A stretch of DNA of 64,000 nt from Antechinus flavipes (Eukaryota). The stretch is taken from positions 514,104,001 through 514,168,000 of the forward strand of contig NC_067400.1 in NCBI RefSeq assembly GCF_016432865.1. Reading direction: 5' to 3'. Each line of letters begins with the position of its first letter. Position 1 is the first letter of the stretch. The notes beneath the pieces are model-generated. The model was not told where the DNA came from. It made no database searches and saw nothing but the letters and a program-made list of their open reading frames with translations. Made by a program: the position numbers and the translations under genes. This document shows positions 50,260 through 63,849 of this stretch, one piece after another.

Positions 50260-50585
50260 CATCTAAAGCCCCAGAACATTACAGAATCTTTTCAATTAGA
50301 TTATAGTCACTCAAAATGATCAATCTAGTAATTCATACAGACAAACCCAAGTGGATGAAAAAATCTATACTACCCAGATTATGATATGCGGTTGGATAGA
50401 CAGGCATTAAGCGAGTCTGTCAATACACTTATTTTAGACAAACACAACAGACAATGAGTTGGGCCCAGAATTAAATAGAAAAAAAGGGAGATTGTTAAGT
50501 TTCACAGGGAAAATGAAAAAATTTCAAGGATCCCAAATTACTCTCTAAGGCAAAATCCCATCTTTTTAAGATCAATGTTGATAAT
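50260..50585 (+). mobile_element. RTE-clade LINE reverse-transcriptase C-terminal relic (frameshifted)
   Basis: Translates in pieces to IHTDKPKWMKK (from 50331), PDYDMRLD and DNELGPELNRKK (from 50450), matching my recollection of the marsupial RTE ORF. Confidence 0.75.
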
Positions 50586-50599
50586 GGGCCTGGCAATTC

Positions 50600-50880
50600 C
50601 AGAGGGCAAAGAGAGGAATGGTGAATAAGAAAATAGCAAAGAGGTCAATTCAGACTTGATATAAGGGAAACTTCCTAATAATTAAAACAATCCAAAGTTA
50701 AAGGGGATGCCTTGGGAGAAAACAGGCTTCCCTTCAATGAATGAATAAATCAGCAAATAATTATTGTGCCAGGTACAAAAACAAAAAAGAAACAATCCCT
50801 AATCCCCAAGGAGCAGTGAGGGAAACATTCAAGCAAAGGCTGGAAAATATTCATTGTAGAGGAGAACCTTACACAGAGGT
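50600..50880 (+). mobile_element. CR1/L3 3' fragment (interrupted by an L2 tail)
   Basis: cagacttgatataagggaaacttcctaataatt...gggatgccttggga...ttcaagcaaaggctgga. Confidence 0.65.
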
Positions 50881-51327
50881 AACTTGGACAAGATAGTCTC
50901 TGAGATTCATTTTGTGATTGCTCACCAAAGGTTGGCCATCAAGGGATAGCCATCATGAAGATGGTCAATTAAGGTGTGATTATCCTGGATGTTGCAATCT
51001 GTGTTAGTAGAAGGAACATCCATACCCATTAAATCACAGATGGCTTTTTTTCCTTAAAAGAAAAAAAAAAAAAAAAAAAACAAACACTGATATATAAATG
51101 GATACATTCTTAAATACATCAAAATCCCCACAACTTCATCAATGTGGATAGCTTGGAATACAGATAAACATCAAGTTAGAAGACCTGAATTCACATCAAG
51201 ATTTAACAGATGACTGGGCAATTCATTTAACTTCTTGCCATTTCTTCATCTGTAAAATGGGGCTAGTAAAATAGCACTTAGCTCACAGAACTGTAGCACT
51301 CAAATGAGATTAAGATAGGTAGACTTT

Positions 51328-51560
51328 GGGCCGCTAGGTGGCACCATAGTGCATGGAGCCCAGGACCTAGAATCGGGAAGACTCATCTTCTGAGTTCAAA
51401 TCTACCCTCAGAAGCTTTCCAGATCCAGAATTAACCCTGTTTGCCTCAGTTTCCTCATGTGTAAAATGGGCTGGAGAAAGAAATGGCAAAACAATCCAGT
51501 ATCTTTGCCAAGAAAACCCCAAATAGGGTCAACGAAGAGTCTAACATGGCTGAACAACAA
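51328..51560 (+). mobile_element. MAR1-type SINE
   Basis: gctaggtggcaccatagtg...aaatggcaaaacaatccagtatctttgccaagaaaaccccaaatagggtc. Confidence 0.88.
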
Positions 51561-52283
51561 TATATGCAGAGACTTTACAAAACTTAATATGCTTTATAAA
51601 TGTTAGTTATTATTGCTACCACTATTTTATGGGCACAGATCATTGCCGCCTCCATGCTTTAATAACTGACCTTCAAGAGTTTCTAGGAGCGAAAAATTAA
51701 GAATCCTGTAACCACACACTCCACCTTTCCAAACCTAGCCAGGATTTTGCTCTTCAAAAGGAAGGACATAGTGCATCCATCACTGGCCCATTTTTTAAAT
51801 CTGTTGAAGGTTGCCCATCTTTGACAAAGACTTCGAGGATCCAAGGTCACCTCAGTGAGGTGATTTTAGTGGGGGGTTGCCAATATAGGACATCTATGCT
51901 GGAAGGGACCTAAGAAGCCATCTACTACAACTATCTTCTTTTACAGATGAGGGAGGAAATAGGTCTGGGCAAATAAGTGAATTGCCTAACATCACACACC
52001 TGGTAGGCATCAACGTCAGAATCTGAACTCAGGTCTGCTGATTCAGACCTAATCCTGGTTCCAGGGTACCGCCACATGTATGTTACTACACAATTGTAAT
52101 CAGTCCCCAGAACCATCACCGTTCAGACCAGTTTCCTTAAGTTTTAAGCAATCCTCTTCAGAGAGAATGAGTTTCTTAGAGTATTATCATTCTTTTCACT
52201 CTTCAGCCCCTCCCTTCCTGTGTGAAATGGTAGCATATAAATGATTGCTCAAGGTTATACTATAGCAAGAATTATAGCCAGCA

Positions 52284-52508
52284 GGGCAGGTAGGTGATCC
52301 AGTGGATAGGAATCAGACCTGAAGCCAGGGAGACTTAGATACTTACTAGCTGTATGACCCTGGGAAAGTCACTTAACCCTTCCTGCCTCGGTTTCCTCAC
52401 CTGTAAAATGAGCTGGAGAAAGAAATAGGAAATCAGTATCTCTGCCAAGAAAATCCCAAATGACATCATGAAGTGTTGGAAACTACTGAAATGACTACAA
52501 TAACAATA
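52284..52508 (+). mobile_element. MAR1-type SINE
   Basis: gggcaggtaggtgatccagtggatagg...tgtgaccctgggaaagtcactt-type core...ctctgccaagaaaatcccaaatg. Confidence 0.85.
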
Positions 52509-52905
52509 AAGTCGAGTCAAGATTCAAACTTGGGTCTTCTAATTTCAAATCTACCATCTTTTCACTGTTACAAAAATCACCTTCCTTAAACTGATGAAGT
52601 GATGGAGGTAGAGCTAGGAGAGGAGAGATAAAAGGTAGCCATTTTCTGAAAACATTAGACTCTCTCCCAACACTTCTAGTTAGCAGGATGGTGTACCTAA
52701 CAGCCAAAGTGAGCATGAAACTGCCCAGTTCCTGATATTTCTTCTTAGATTGGATTGGGCAGTAGTTAGTAGTCTCATTATCATGAAATAAGATTTGGAT
52801 ACAGAGGCAATAGTCCCACCCTATCTCATCCCCTTCCCCAGCTCTTACAAAAGGTAGCCAGATGTGATTATTCCAGTTTCTTTTCCTGAAACAAGAACAA
52901 CAAAC

Positions 52906-52906
<1 letters not shown>

Positions 52907-52961
<55 letters not shown>

Positions 52962-52968
52962 AAAAAAA
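52907..52968. repeat. (CA)n microsatellite followed by an A run
   Basis: Direct reading. Confidence 0.95.
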
Positions 52969-53376
52969 CCTTTCATTTCTCCAGAGCAATCCAGTCCATA
53001 TCAAAAACATTGGGCTGACCTAATGTTCACAGAGTCCAGACCATTGGTTCCTTTCTACCTCTAGCCCCATCCCTAAGGGCAAGGTAAATAACAGGATCAG
53101 CTTTCTCTATATGCATCCAATTGCTCTCCATATCTGCCATCTATAGACAACACACCTGGGCATCTCTATGCCCATGTTTCCAGGAAACCAATCTCTGCCC
53201 TTCTGTCCCCTCTTCTCCAAAGGAATCAATGCAATCCCCTAAAAGCTCATAACTCGGAGGTAATTATAAGAAGCATCAATTACCCAGCAATGTGGATTTC
53301 ATGAATTCAATTAATTTGCATGGCGATCGATACGGGCGGGTTCGCTCAGGGTCCCCTGGGGAAGTTAGGACATTGT

Positions 53377-53572
53377 NNNNNNNNNNNNNNNNNNNNNNNN
53401 NNNNNNNNNNNNNNNNNNNNNNNNNNNNNNNNNNNNNNNNNNNNNNNNNNNNNNNNNNNNNNNNNNNNNNNNNNNNNNNNNNNNNNNNNNNNNNNNNNNN
53501 NNNNNNNNNNNNNNNNNNNNNNNNNNNNNNNNNNNNNNNNNNNNNNNNNNNNNNNNNNNNNNNNNNNNNNNN
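53377..53572. other. assembly gap (N run)
   Basis: Run of n. Confidence 1.
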
Positions 53573-54199
53573 AGAGTTGGAAAAAGAAGAGCTGGAGAGA
53601 GCCTGATGGTAAGGTTTGTATTTCTTCAAAATCCCTTTCTTTGTCCATACAATAGTCTCTTCCCTGAACATAATAAAAACTTAACCACAAGATCCCCAGG
53701 CTCACCCCCATGAAAACTTTTTAATTAATAGCTTTAGTTAGCATTTATATAGCACTTTAATGTTCATAAAGCATTTTACACACATGTTCTCACTTGAATC
53801 TCTCAAAAAGCTGCAAAATTAAGCTGCCTAGTATTTTTATACCTATTTTACAGATGAGTAAACTAAGGGTCAGAGTTTTTTAGTTTAGTGACTTACCCAA
53901 ATTCAGATGGTATCAGAGGAAGTATTCAAATGCAAGTATTTTTGATGACAAAGTCCAGCATGCTGTCCACAATATGGCTCTGTTTCATTTGTTTGTTTTT
54001 TCTTAATTTCCATATTAATCATGTTATATTAGAAGAATCAGACCAAAAAAATGCAAAAAAAAAAAAAAAACCACAGTGAAAATAGTATCCTTTGATTTGC
54101 ATTCAGAATCCATTAGTTCTCTCTCTGGATATGAAAAACATTTTCTTTCATTAGTCCTTTGGAATTGTACAATTCTGTCTCTATTAGAAATTTTGTTAT

Positions 54200-54345
54200 T
54201 CCGTCATTTTCAGTTGTATCTTACTCTTCAAATGACCCCATTTGAGATTTTCTTGGCAGAAGATGCTGGAGTGGTTCGCTGTTTCCTTCTCTAACTCATT
54301 TTACAGATGAGGAAACTAAGGTGAAGAAAATTAAATGACTTGGCT
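54200..54345 (-). mobile_element. MAR1-type SINE 3' half, inserted in an antisense L1 3' UTR fragment
   Basis: gaccccatttgagattttcttggcagaagatgctggagtggttcgctgtttccttctctaactcattttacagatgaggaaact. Confidence 0.8.
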
Positions 54346-57300
54346 TCTTCTTGGCTTTGGAGAAATGGAAGGTTTTTTGCTTTGTTGTTCTTGTTCCAGG
54401 AAAAGAAATTGGAATAATACTAGTTCCAACTGGTAACTATCTGAGGCTGGGTTTGAACTCAGATCCTCTCTATTGGGGATGCTCATTGGAATAAGCTTAA
54501 ACTGCAACTGGAGGGGTAGAAGCTGGGTACAAGGGAGTATTCGTTCATTGTATGTGTGCCTCTATATGTATGTCTTCAAACCTAAAATCTCTCTTTGTGG
54601 CATGGAAGTGATCACAAGCTCTCAAAGGTTATGTCAAGGGAATACAAATTTTGAGAGGTCCTGACATATTGCTATACTTTGAGTTTTTATCAAAGTTTTA
54701 GCAAAGATTATTCTTCACCAACCAATCTAGCTAAGTTCAGAGTGGCTCAAAGGACTGACCACAGAGAGTCACTATGACCTTAAGACCATAGACTCTATAA
54801 CCGAAGGGAACCTCAGGGAAGTAGTAGCATCCAGCCCAATCTCCTCACTTTGCAAATAAAGAAACTGAGACCCAGAGAGGGAAAGTAACTTATAAACAAG
54901 TAATATGGGAGCAGAGTCATAATGTGAAAACAGGTCTTCTGAACCTCTGGACCTCCAAAAGGTCTATAGCATTAAACTTGTAGGGCTTCAGCTTCTTTAT
55001 CTGTAAAATAAGATGAGAGGACCAGATACCCTTTGAGGTCACTTTAAGGTCTATATTTGTCCTCCTAGTGACCTTTTCACATAGTACCTATGTGACCTTG
55101 GTCAAATGACTTCACTTCTCTGGGCCTCAGTTTTCTTAGCTGTAAAATGGGGTAAGAGTGAGCAGTAGACTAGATGATTTCTAAGTTCCTTTTCAGATCC
55201 AAATCCAATGATGCTATGGACTAGGTTGGGGTAATGAGGCAATCCCTCTAAAAATGGAATGGGAATAATGAGGAGAGAAATAAGACATCTGCCCATTCCA
55301 ACCCCATCCTTCATTTTACTACTGTGCCCTCCATGCCAAGGCCAATCTCACAGTCAGATTTCTCCTCCCTCCCATCACAAGTAAGGATCAATATTAGTGA
55401 CTACTTTAGTCCATCACCAACCCTTAGCCTTCTTTTACAATATTTATCCCACCCCACCCCCAAAAAAACTAAACAGCAGAGACCAAAAGACACTTAAGGC
55501 AAGGTCAGGGGTTATTCTGTTCTCCCTTGACAAAAAAAAGCTCCAACTAACCCAGTGCTCCTTCAGATCCCAATGTCTGTAAGAGGAGACACGTAATTTT
55601 TAATTTGCTTCCCCTCCCACCAGTCAGGATATTAGACAGCTAAACAGCCCGGCGCCTGTTTCCTTCAGATAACCAATTCCTGACGAGCCCCCTAATTGTC
55701 CCCGGAATCTAGGCGCCAGTGTACAGAGTAGGTCATTTAACCAACAGTACACACAACTAAATAAAAATCCATTTTCCAAGAGAAAATTCTATTCTTATCA
55801 GAGTTCTGCAAGAGGGTTGCAAGCAGCCCATGTTAATTGAGGCTTTGATGTTTCTTGGAGGAGGCCTCTAATCAGCTCCACAAAAGGAGCCCCATACACG
55901 GTATCTTGTATGCACCTCGGGGCCCTAGAGGAGGCCAAGGTTCCAGGCAGCAGGTGACTGTGGCAGGGAGAGGACAAGAAATACTGGGAGAGAGCACAGA
56001 ACACCAAAGGTCAGCTAGTACCCGGTCACGATCCCCACCAATTGCCAACCTCTCAGCACCTTTAAGACTAGCAAGATGGTGGTGAAGACCTTGGGAAGTA
56101 AGAATAAGGATAGAGTCAAGGTTGGGTGGACAGGAAGGATTAATAAATGAATTGAACATCTCTTGGGACCCTCATCCTCTATTTTGGTCAGAGAAAAAGT
56201 GCTAGGAGTTGGAGTACCAGCTGTGCTCTGTCCTTGGTGCTGGAGAAGTGTAGGAGAGAAAGGAGAGATGTAGAAAAAAGAGAGTACTTGTTCAGAAAGA
56301 TTCCTATCTAATAGGAAGAAGTAGACATCCAAACAGAAATGGATAAAAGTAACTGAAATATATTATCACAAAACACAACCAACTGCAATTGAAAAAGAGA
56401 CATTCAAAATAATTATAGGTGCAAGAGGGGGAATAAAAGATGAAGAAGGGAAAAGGAATAAGCTCAGTGGCTTAAAGGTGATTAAAATAGGACTAATCTT
56501 GGATGGCTTCATGGAGGAACTGTCTTGAGACCTTTGAAAGACAAGAGGGACACTATTTGATAGAGAGGAAGAGAAGAATCACCCAGGTAAATGGATTATA
56601 TGGAATGGAGGAATGAATAAGTCTTTTATGGGAGATGATAGGTTAACCCATCTAGTTTGAAGGGAATCCACACCAGAGAATATAGTATGAGATTAAGGTT
56701 ACTCAGTATAGCGAGTAGATAAATTACTGAGTGGTCTCAGTACTCAATCAAAAGTTAAAATCAAGTTCTGGAAATTGATGCTGAACTGAGCTGGAACTCA
56801 TTCATTGATCTTAGAGACTTTGGGCTTTAACCTTTTTAATTAGCCTTCGCTCTTCATGCTCTTTGATCTGTGTTTCTCAATGAGCAGGGAACTAGAGCAG
56901 TGACAAAAGAATTCACAGCTTAGCAAAGCTTCCTTCTGCTTCCCAAAAAGCTTGTCATTCAGCTTGGCACCTCCTAGTGTCCCATCTAAGCTCCAAAATA
57001 TTTCCTTCCCCACTTATCCCTCTTCTCCCAACACACAATGGCCCATTTTATGTATGAGGAAATTAATACTCAGAGAGGTTAGGAAGGCAATGTAGTATTA
57101 GGAGGAAAGCTCTAGACTAAAATTCAGAAAACATAGGAGTATAGAAATCATACTAAATGTAAACTATGGATTCTAGATAGAAAAAAACAATACAGCCTAG
57201 AAAGGAGACAACCTTCACTTCTAGGAACATGGGAAAGTGAACAGGGGGAAAAAAGGGTGAAGGAGAACAATCTCCATGACAAAAACAGAGAAGGGAAAAG

Positions 57301-57712
57301 GTCCTCCAGGAACCATGAGACTTTCTTTTTTGATTGCTTGATTAGATGCATGATTCATCCCAACCATGATGCCATGGTACAGCTTAGAGAATGTCAGCAT
57401 TCCAGCGAGTTCAAAGAGTGATCAACAATGTAGAAAATGTCTCCTAATGAAAATGGTCTCAGGAGAAGATAACACATGGCCCAGAAGAACTAAAGCTTTG
57501 GGCTTTTTCAAGGTAATGGAGTTACACAATTCTAGAATTAAAAGGCATCATTCCTTTCCCAATGTTACTCACACCTTCCTCCTTAAAAGCTGTCTACAAT
57601 GTAAAGAAGACCTCCTAGAATGCACTTGGTGCCTTTTCCATATTATTGTCATCTGACCAGGACACACATCCAAATATAACATTTACCAATCCTTCTATGA
57701 ATAAGATGGCAC

Positions 57713-57715
57713 CCA

Positions 57716-57760
<45 letters not shown>
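57713..57760. repeat. (CA)n microsatellite
   Basis: Direct reading. Confidence 0.95.
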
Positions 57761-57765
<5 letters not shown>

Positions 57766-57837
57766 GTGTTTGTATAGCCTGTCACGTTCAAACTTGCTCA
57801 CTCGTTTGGGTGACGAAGCATTTTAACCATTTTGCCA

Positions 57838-58049
57838 NNNNNNNNNNNNNNNNNNNNNNNNNNNNNNNNNNNNNNNNNNNNNNNNNNNNNNNNNNNNNNN
57901 NNNNNNNNNNNNNNNNNNNNNNNNNNNNNNNNNNNNNNNNNNNNNNNNNNNNNNNNNNNNNNNNNNNNNNNNNNNNNNNNNNNNNNNNNNNNNNNNNNNN
58001 NNNNNNNNNNNNNNNNNNNNNNNNNNNNNNNNNNNNNNNNNNNNNNNNN
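57838..58049. other. assembly gap (N run)
   Basis: Run of n. Confidence 1.
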
Positions 58050-59879
58050 ATTCCAACTGAAAAGCTAAGGAATTTGGGGCCCTCCAATCTCCAAATATTT
58101 GCCTTTGTGGCAGACTTTCTTGCTAACTTGTGTTTTTCCCAAATTGTCACTAGTCAGACAAATTCACAGTTGGATGCCCCACTTGCCTCAGCTCAATTCC
58201 CAAACAAAAAGGGGGTGACTTTTCCATCTATATCACTTAGCTCCCCATAAGCAGAACTAAACAGAGTTTAGCCAGTTCAAAGTATTACACCTCAGTCCAA
58301 TTTCTCTGAGTTCCTACATTTCACAATACAACCTCAACCCTACTCAACCATACCTAGATCATGTTCTCACCCCTAAACCAGGGTCAAACGCAATAAGTAG
58401 TTTTCTTGAAAGGAAAAAATCTTTGAGTTGATTCTTGGATTAAAAACATCACTCATTCCTCAAAAAGCCCTGCATTTTCTGTTGTTATAGGAGACCCTAG
58501 GCAACTGAGTCACACTAAAGTATGGGATCCACAGACACCTCCCAAAGGTGTCCATGAACAGATTTTAGGGAGTCTGTGAACTTGACAGGGAAAAAATTTG
58601 CATTTTTATTTTCACTTATGTCAAAGGTGCAGCTCTCATGTACCTTGGTGCAATCTCTTATTTCAGGTTAAATATTTGAATAAAGTAAGGCATTCGCAAG
58701 TCATTGGACATTTCACACATGGATATTTATTTTGTTCTAACACAGCAGGGATATACAACTAGAATAAAGTGGCTATTAGCTTCTATGGACACCTACTCCC
58801 CTTGTATTCATATTGAAATGCATCTTGTCAGAAAGACAGGGGAAGGTGACTCGTGTAAGTTTTAGAAATCTACCAAGTCCAAAAGACCTAGACTCCAATT
58901 TTCTGAGGTTTTTCATGCTCTTAGATGACCAGGAAATTGCATCAGAGAATCCAGAACGATCACATAGACCAATCAGGTCCTTCCCAATCAGGGCAACTTC
59001 ATCTTCTTTGAAAGAAAGCCTCTTCATGTTGTGAGTGAAAAGAAACTGTCAGAGAAGCACCAATGCTCCTTTTTTTTTTTAACCAAAATTAAGAACAAAT
59101 TAACAAACAAGTGACATTTGATGAAACAGCAGAGCAAGGCAAATAACAAAGGAAAATACCTCCATATGGACAAGGGCATAGTCTCTCACAGATTACAACA
59201 CTACCAGTGGGAGAGGAAAAACTCCTGCTCCTAGGATTACATCCCCAATAGAACAGCTCACTACTTCTTCCTCATGAGCAGCTGATGTTATCAAAGTAAC
59301 TGCTGTTTACTGAATTGTTGCTCTCTATTGTTCCTCTGCTTAAATGCCATCATCTTCATCACCACTAAATCGGAACTGCTAGGGACTTCTTCCTTGCAGA
59401 TAGTCCTTTTGGCTACTTTGGAAGTCAGCATGCCTCAAGCTATTTTGGCTCTTTTGTGAGTCAGGGCCACAGCCAACCACAGCAAATAGCTCTTCAAGTC
59501 ATGTCTATCACTATCACTTCATGGGAACTCCCTCAGGTCTGCTTGATATTTGGGTTGGGATAAATAAATTCCTCTCAACTCCCATCATTCCCTAGAAAGC
59601 TAACACCAGGACATGCAAATTATCCTGAAGTTTCATTTAGCCCCACTGGACATGTAGAGTAGAGCTGATACCCTTTGCCCTTCTTGTATGAGCAGCACAA
59701 ACTTTATGCCTGCATTGCTATAGCTACACCCAGGTAAATGTCCTCCTTACATTGTTGATTCATGTTTAAAAGATATATCCAAGAGATGAGACCAAAGGCA
59801 CTTTTTAAAAGAAGCCTCAAATTATCAATAACTGGGGGGGGGGGAGGAAAAATACTCAGAAATCCTAGTCATCAGAAAA

Positions 59880-60410
59880 ATTCAAATTAAAACAATTCTG
59901 AAGTATTTACCTGTACCTATAAAAGCAGTAAAGATGGCAAATGAATAAAAATTGCAATGCTGCAGAGGCCATGGCAAAAATAGGTACACTAATTCACTGC
60001 TAAAGTAGCTATGAATTGGAGCAAGTATTTTAGAAGACAGTACAATAAAAGTTACAAAATAGTGCATAACCAGGGAGCACAGTACAGAGTTCACACTCCC
60101 AGAAGGTAATAGATGGGAATAAAAGACCTAGCCATACAAAAATATTTATAGTAGCACTATTTGTAATAGCAAAAAAGTTGGAAATGAACTATATGCCCAA
60201 CAATTGGAGAATGACTGAATAAATTGTGGTACATGAATATAATGAAATACTATTGTGCCATAAAGAACAATGAATATGAAAGATCCAGGGAAATTTAGGA
60301 AGAAGTAGAGTAGGGGGAAAGAAAAGGCAGAAACAAAGAACAATATACAGACTGACTACAACTATGTAAATGAAGACAACATTAAACAGCAAGAAAAACT
60401 CAAGTTAAAC
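59880..60410 (+). mobile_element. old L1 ORF2 3' fragment
   Basis: gtagcactatttgtaatagcaaaaaagttggaa...atgcccaacaattggagaatgactgaataaattgtggtacatgaatataatgaaatactattgtgc. Confidence 0.8.
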
Positions 60411-63400
60411 ATAATGGACAAAGTTAGCACTACTTTGTTGAAGTCAAAGTATTCAGTCTTTCTTTCTTTTAACAGTAAATTAGAAAATATAAAACTCCAT
60501 ATGTGAGTCAGAATCACTCGCATCAATTTGCTTAACTATTTCCAGGAAGGATGCTTTATTTTCTGGCTATTTTAGTGTTTGTGTATGTGTCTGTTTTTGA
60601 AAAGAAATAAAATAACTGGGGATGGGATATAGACCTGGATTTTCATCAGTCCATCAGTGGAAGGAATTCCCCCCAAGAATGTAGATGCCTACTTGTTCTG
60701 CAAATGCCTAGAAGAGCAGAAAGATGATGTGACTTTCGCAGGGTTTCACAGATAAATATGTCAAAGGCAGCACTTGGACGTAGTATTCCTGCCTCTGAGA
60801 CCCATTCTCTCACCCAAAGAGCCAAAACTGCTGAGGGGGAACATATAATATAGAAGATGGATATCATGTAGATCTCCTTAAAGCTATAAGTTCTCCTTCT
60901 GTGGCAGGGTTCAAATAAAGGCTGAATGATGTCAGATAGGTGATAACAATTCATAACTGCCCACAAGCTTTAGAGCAAGACTTAGATATTATCTGTCTCA
61001 GTCCCTTCATTTTACAGAAGAGATCCAGAGAAGAGAAATGGCTTGCCATGAGATAACAAAAAATAGTAAATAACATATATGGGCTTTGAATCCAAGTCTT
61101 CTGGTTCTAAATATAACATATGATATCTTCCCATTGCACTAAATCTGTTTGAAAAGGTAGTTAGCCATTGAAGCCAGGGATTGGAATAGATAGCCTCTTA
61201 AGCATCTTCCAAAGCTCCATAGTTTTATGACCTAAATTAGAAGCCTAACCTTCTAATTTTATAGATGAGGAAACTGAATCCCAGACAATCAAAGGATATC
61301 AACCTATAACTAAGGCATCCAATGGAGCACAGTGGATAAGATATTGGGCTTAGGACCAAGAAGACTCTGGTTCAAATGTCACCACTGACATTTATTAGCA
61401 ACGTGATCTTGGTCAAATATGTTTGGCTCTCTGAACTTATAGATCATCTTGTCTGATCTCCTCATTTTAAAATGAGATCAAATAAGAAGATACCTAAGTT
61501 CCCTTCCAGGTCTAAATCTGTTATCCAATGAACCATTCTCTACTAAAAGACCTTAATTGAAGAAAATCCACTGACTCCAGTGCTGTTCCATTTTTTATAT
61601 TTCCTTAGAGTGAGCCTAAGCCTGACTCACAGTATTTACCCATTGCTTCCATTTTTGCTCTCTGGGACCAAGAACAACTACTTGAGACTTGTGCAAGGTC
61701 ACAGAGTAAGTCACATGGGATAGAAAAGGAACTGGAATTCATGTCTTCTGACATATAGTGTTCTTTCCAATATTCTAACTTCTCGGGGTCTTAGTTTCCT
61801 CATCAGTGAAAATAAGGATTGTGATTGACCAGGATATTAGAAGGTGCTGAGCCAATAGAAAGGCTTTCTTGAATCAAAGTTTTCTACTAATCCAAGGTAG
61901 CGGTGCCTTGCTTAACACGTCAAGTTAAATTAAGTGCTAAACATTTTTTTCTAATTTCTAGTGTCCATTTTCTCAAATCCAGGTTCTTGATCTATATTTA
62001 AAGCTAACCACGCTCTTCTTCTCCTCTTCCTCTTAAGAACCTGTTGTCCTGTCTCACCCACGTGTCTCAAAATAACCCTGTTTAAACTAGCCCATTCCAG
62101 TCAAATTTTTCAGCTCATCTTCCTCTTCAATTTTTGCAAAATCATAGAATATTAGAATCCCAATTTGGAAGTTTGATAATGAAGAAAAGAATAAGCATGA
62201 GTGCAATCAGAATCTGAGGAGTAAAAAGAAGGAAAACTATTGAGGGAAGAAAAGAAAACAAATTTTTTCAGCATCAAATTTTTTCATCCAGACTCAGACC
62301 ATTCTCATGCTTCTTCACCCTCTGAATTTCTGAACATTCTATTCCTGCAACCAAACACATTCTCCCCATTCTTCTCTTATTATTCAAATCCTCTCTACCA
62401 TTTCAAACTCATATGTAGTTAGTTACACATTGCCTGTACCACACATCATATCTTTGAGTACATTCCATTTAACACATGGGTTCATAGATCATAATCAGAG
62501 CTGGTAGATTACCTAGCTTAACCTCTTGTCATTTGACAGATGACGAAGATCTCAGAGAGGTATAGTGATTTGCACAAAGTCACACAGCAGCAGTTATGAT
62601 TTGAATTCAAATCTGATTCCAAGTACAGCATACTTCTGCATTGTACAATAGTGAATTATAACTTGCTGATTACATACTGGAGTTTTTTTAAAAGTAATTT
62701 TTGGTGTGTTCTTCTAGTATAATCTCAGTCCAAAAGTTTATTTATATGGGATTTTCTTCACTCTCCAATTTTATCTATTTAAACCCTTAATTATTCATGG
62801 AGGTCAATGCCCTCTACTTGCATGAGGGGCAGGAAGAAGAGGCTAGAACAAGAGAAAGGAGAACTCTTTCAATCTCTTGAGCCTCCTCAAGCTCTTGGAA
62901 CTGGCTTCCAGTTACAAGAAAGAAGAAAGAAAATGTCAATCGCACTTTAGGTTGCCTAAGGAAAAGACTCTGGAAAGCCAAGGTAAGAGGAGTTGGTAGT
63001 CTTCATCATGTCCCTATCTTCAGCTTGCTACAGTCAAGATTTCAAGGAACTTCAGGGTAAGATCTAGGACTCTTGGTTGAGCTGAGCTCTCCCAATGAGA
63101 GAATGTCTGGTATATGGTCTCCTGAGTATATTATACTGTCTCTGATTTTTGTTTTACTATTGAATTGAATGGATGGATTTCTTTGCTAAATGTTATGTGT
63201 ATTCATTATACAGTTGGGAATCTAGTGGGAAGGGAGTCAAGATTTGGATATAAAAATTGGGGTCCTGTTTCCACAATTAATGAAACAGTGATCAGAAGTT
63301 AACCTAAAAATCATATCCACCTAGATAAATAATAGTTTAGTGAGTAGGTAGATATAATTATAGCCCAGTAGAGGCTCTGAGGAAAGCACAATGTGGGACA

Positions 63401-63599
63401 ACCCTCCACTTCTGCTTCTCCTCCCAGCAGGGATTAAAATCTCACTGGCAGGAGGGTAGAGGGAGAAGAACTCAGAAATCTTGCCTCAGCAACACTAGAT
63501 TCTATAACTGAAGTTCCTCAAAGAGAGGAGTCCCTTTTCCCCTATTCAATAACCTATATTAATTGCCAATTTTCTCTAGGATGGAATCACAGAAGAGCC

Positions 63600-63835
63600 T
63601 TGAGCAGTCATTTAAACCAATTCATACCCAGAAAAGAAGCTCCTCTACAATATACCTGTCAAGTGGTCATCTAGCCTTTCCTTGAAGATTTCTGGTGAAG
63701 GGGAAACTCGCTTCTTCTCAAGGAAACCCAATCCATTTTCAGATAGAACTAAATTTAAGGAATTTTTCCCCTTGTCTCAAGCCTAAATTTGTTTCTTTGA
63801 AACCTCTACTCATTACTCCTAGTTTTTGCACTCTG
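63600..63835 (-). mobile_element. CR1/L3 3' fragment
   Basis: aagtggtcatctagcctttccttgaagatttctggtgaaggggaaactc...aaggaatttttcc. Confidence 0.7.
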
Positions 63836-63849
63836 GGATCAATAACAGC

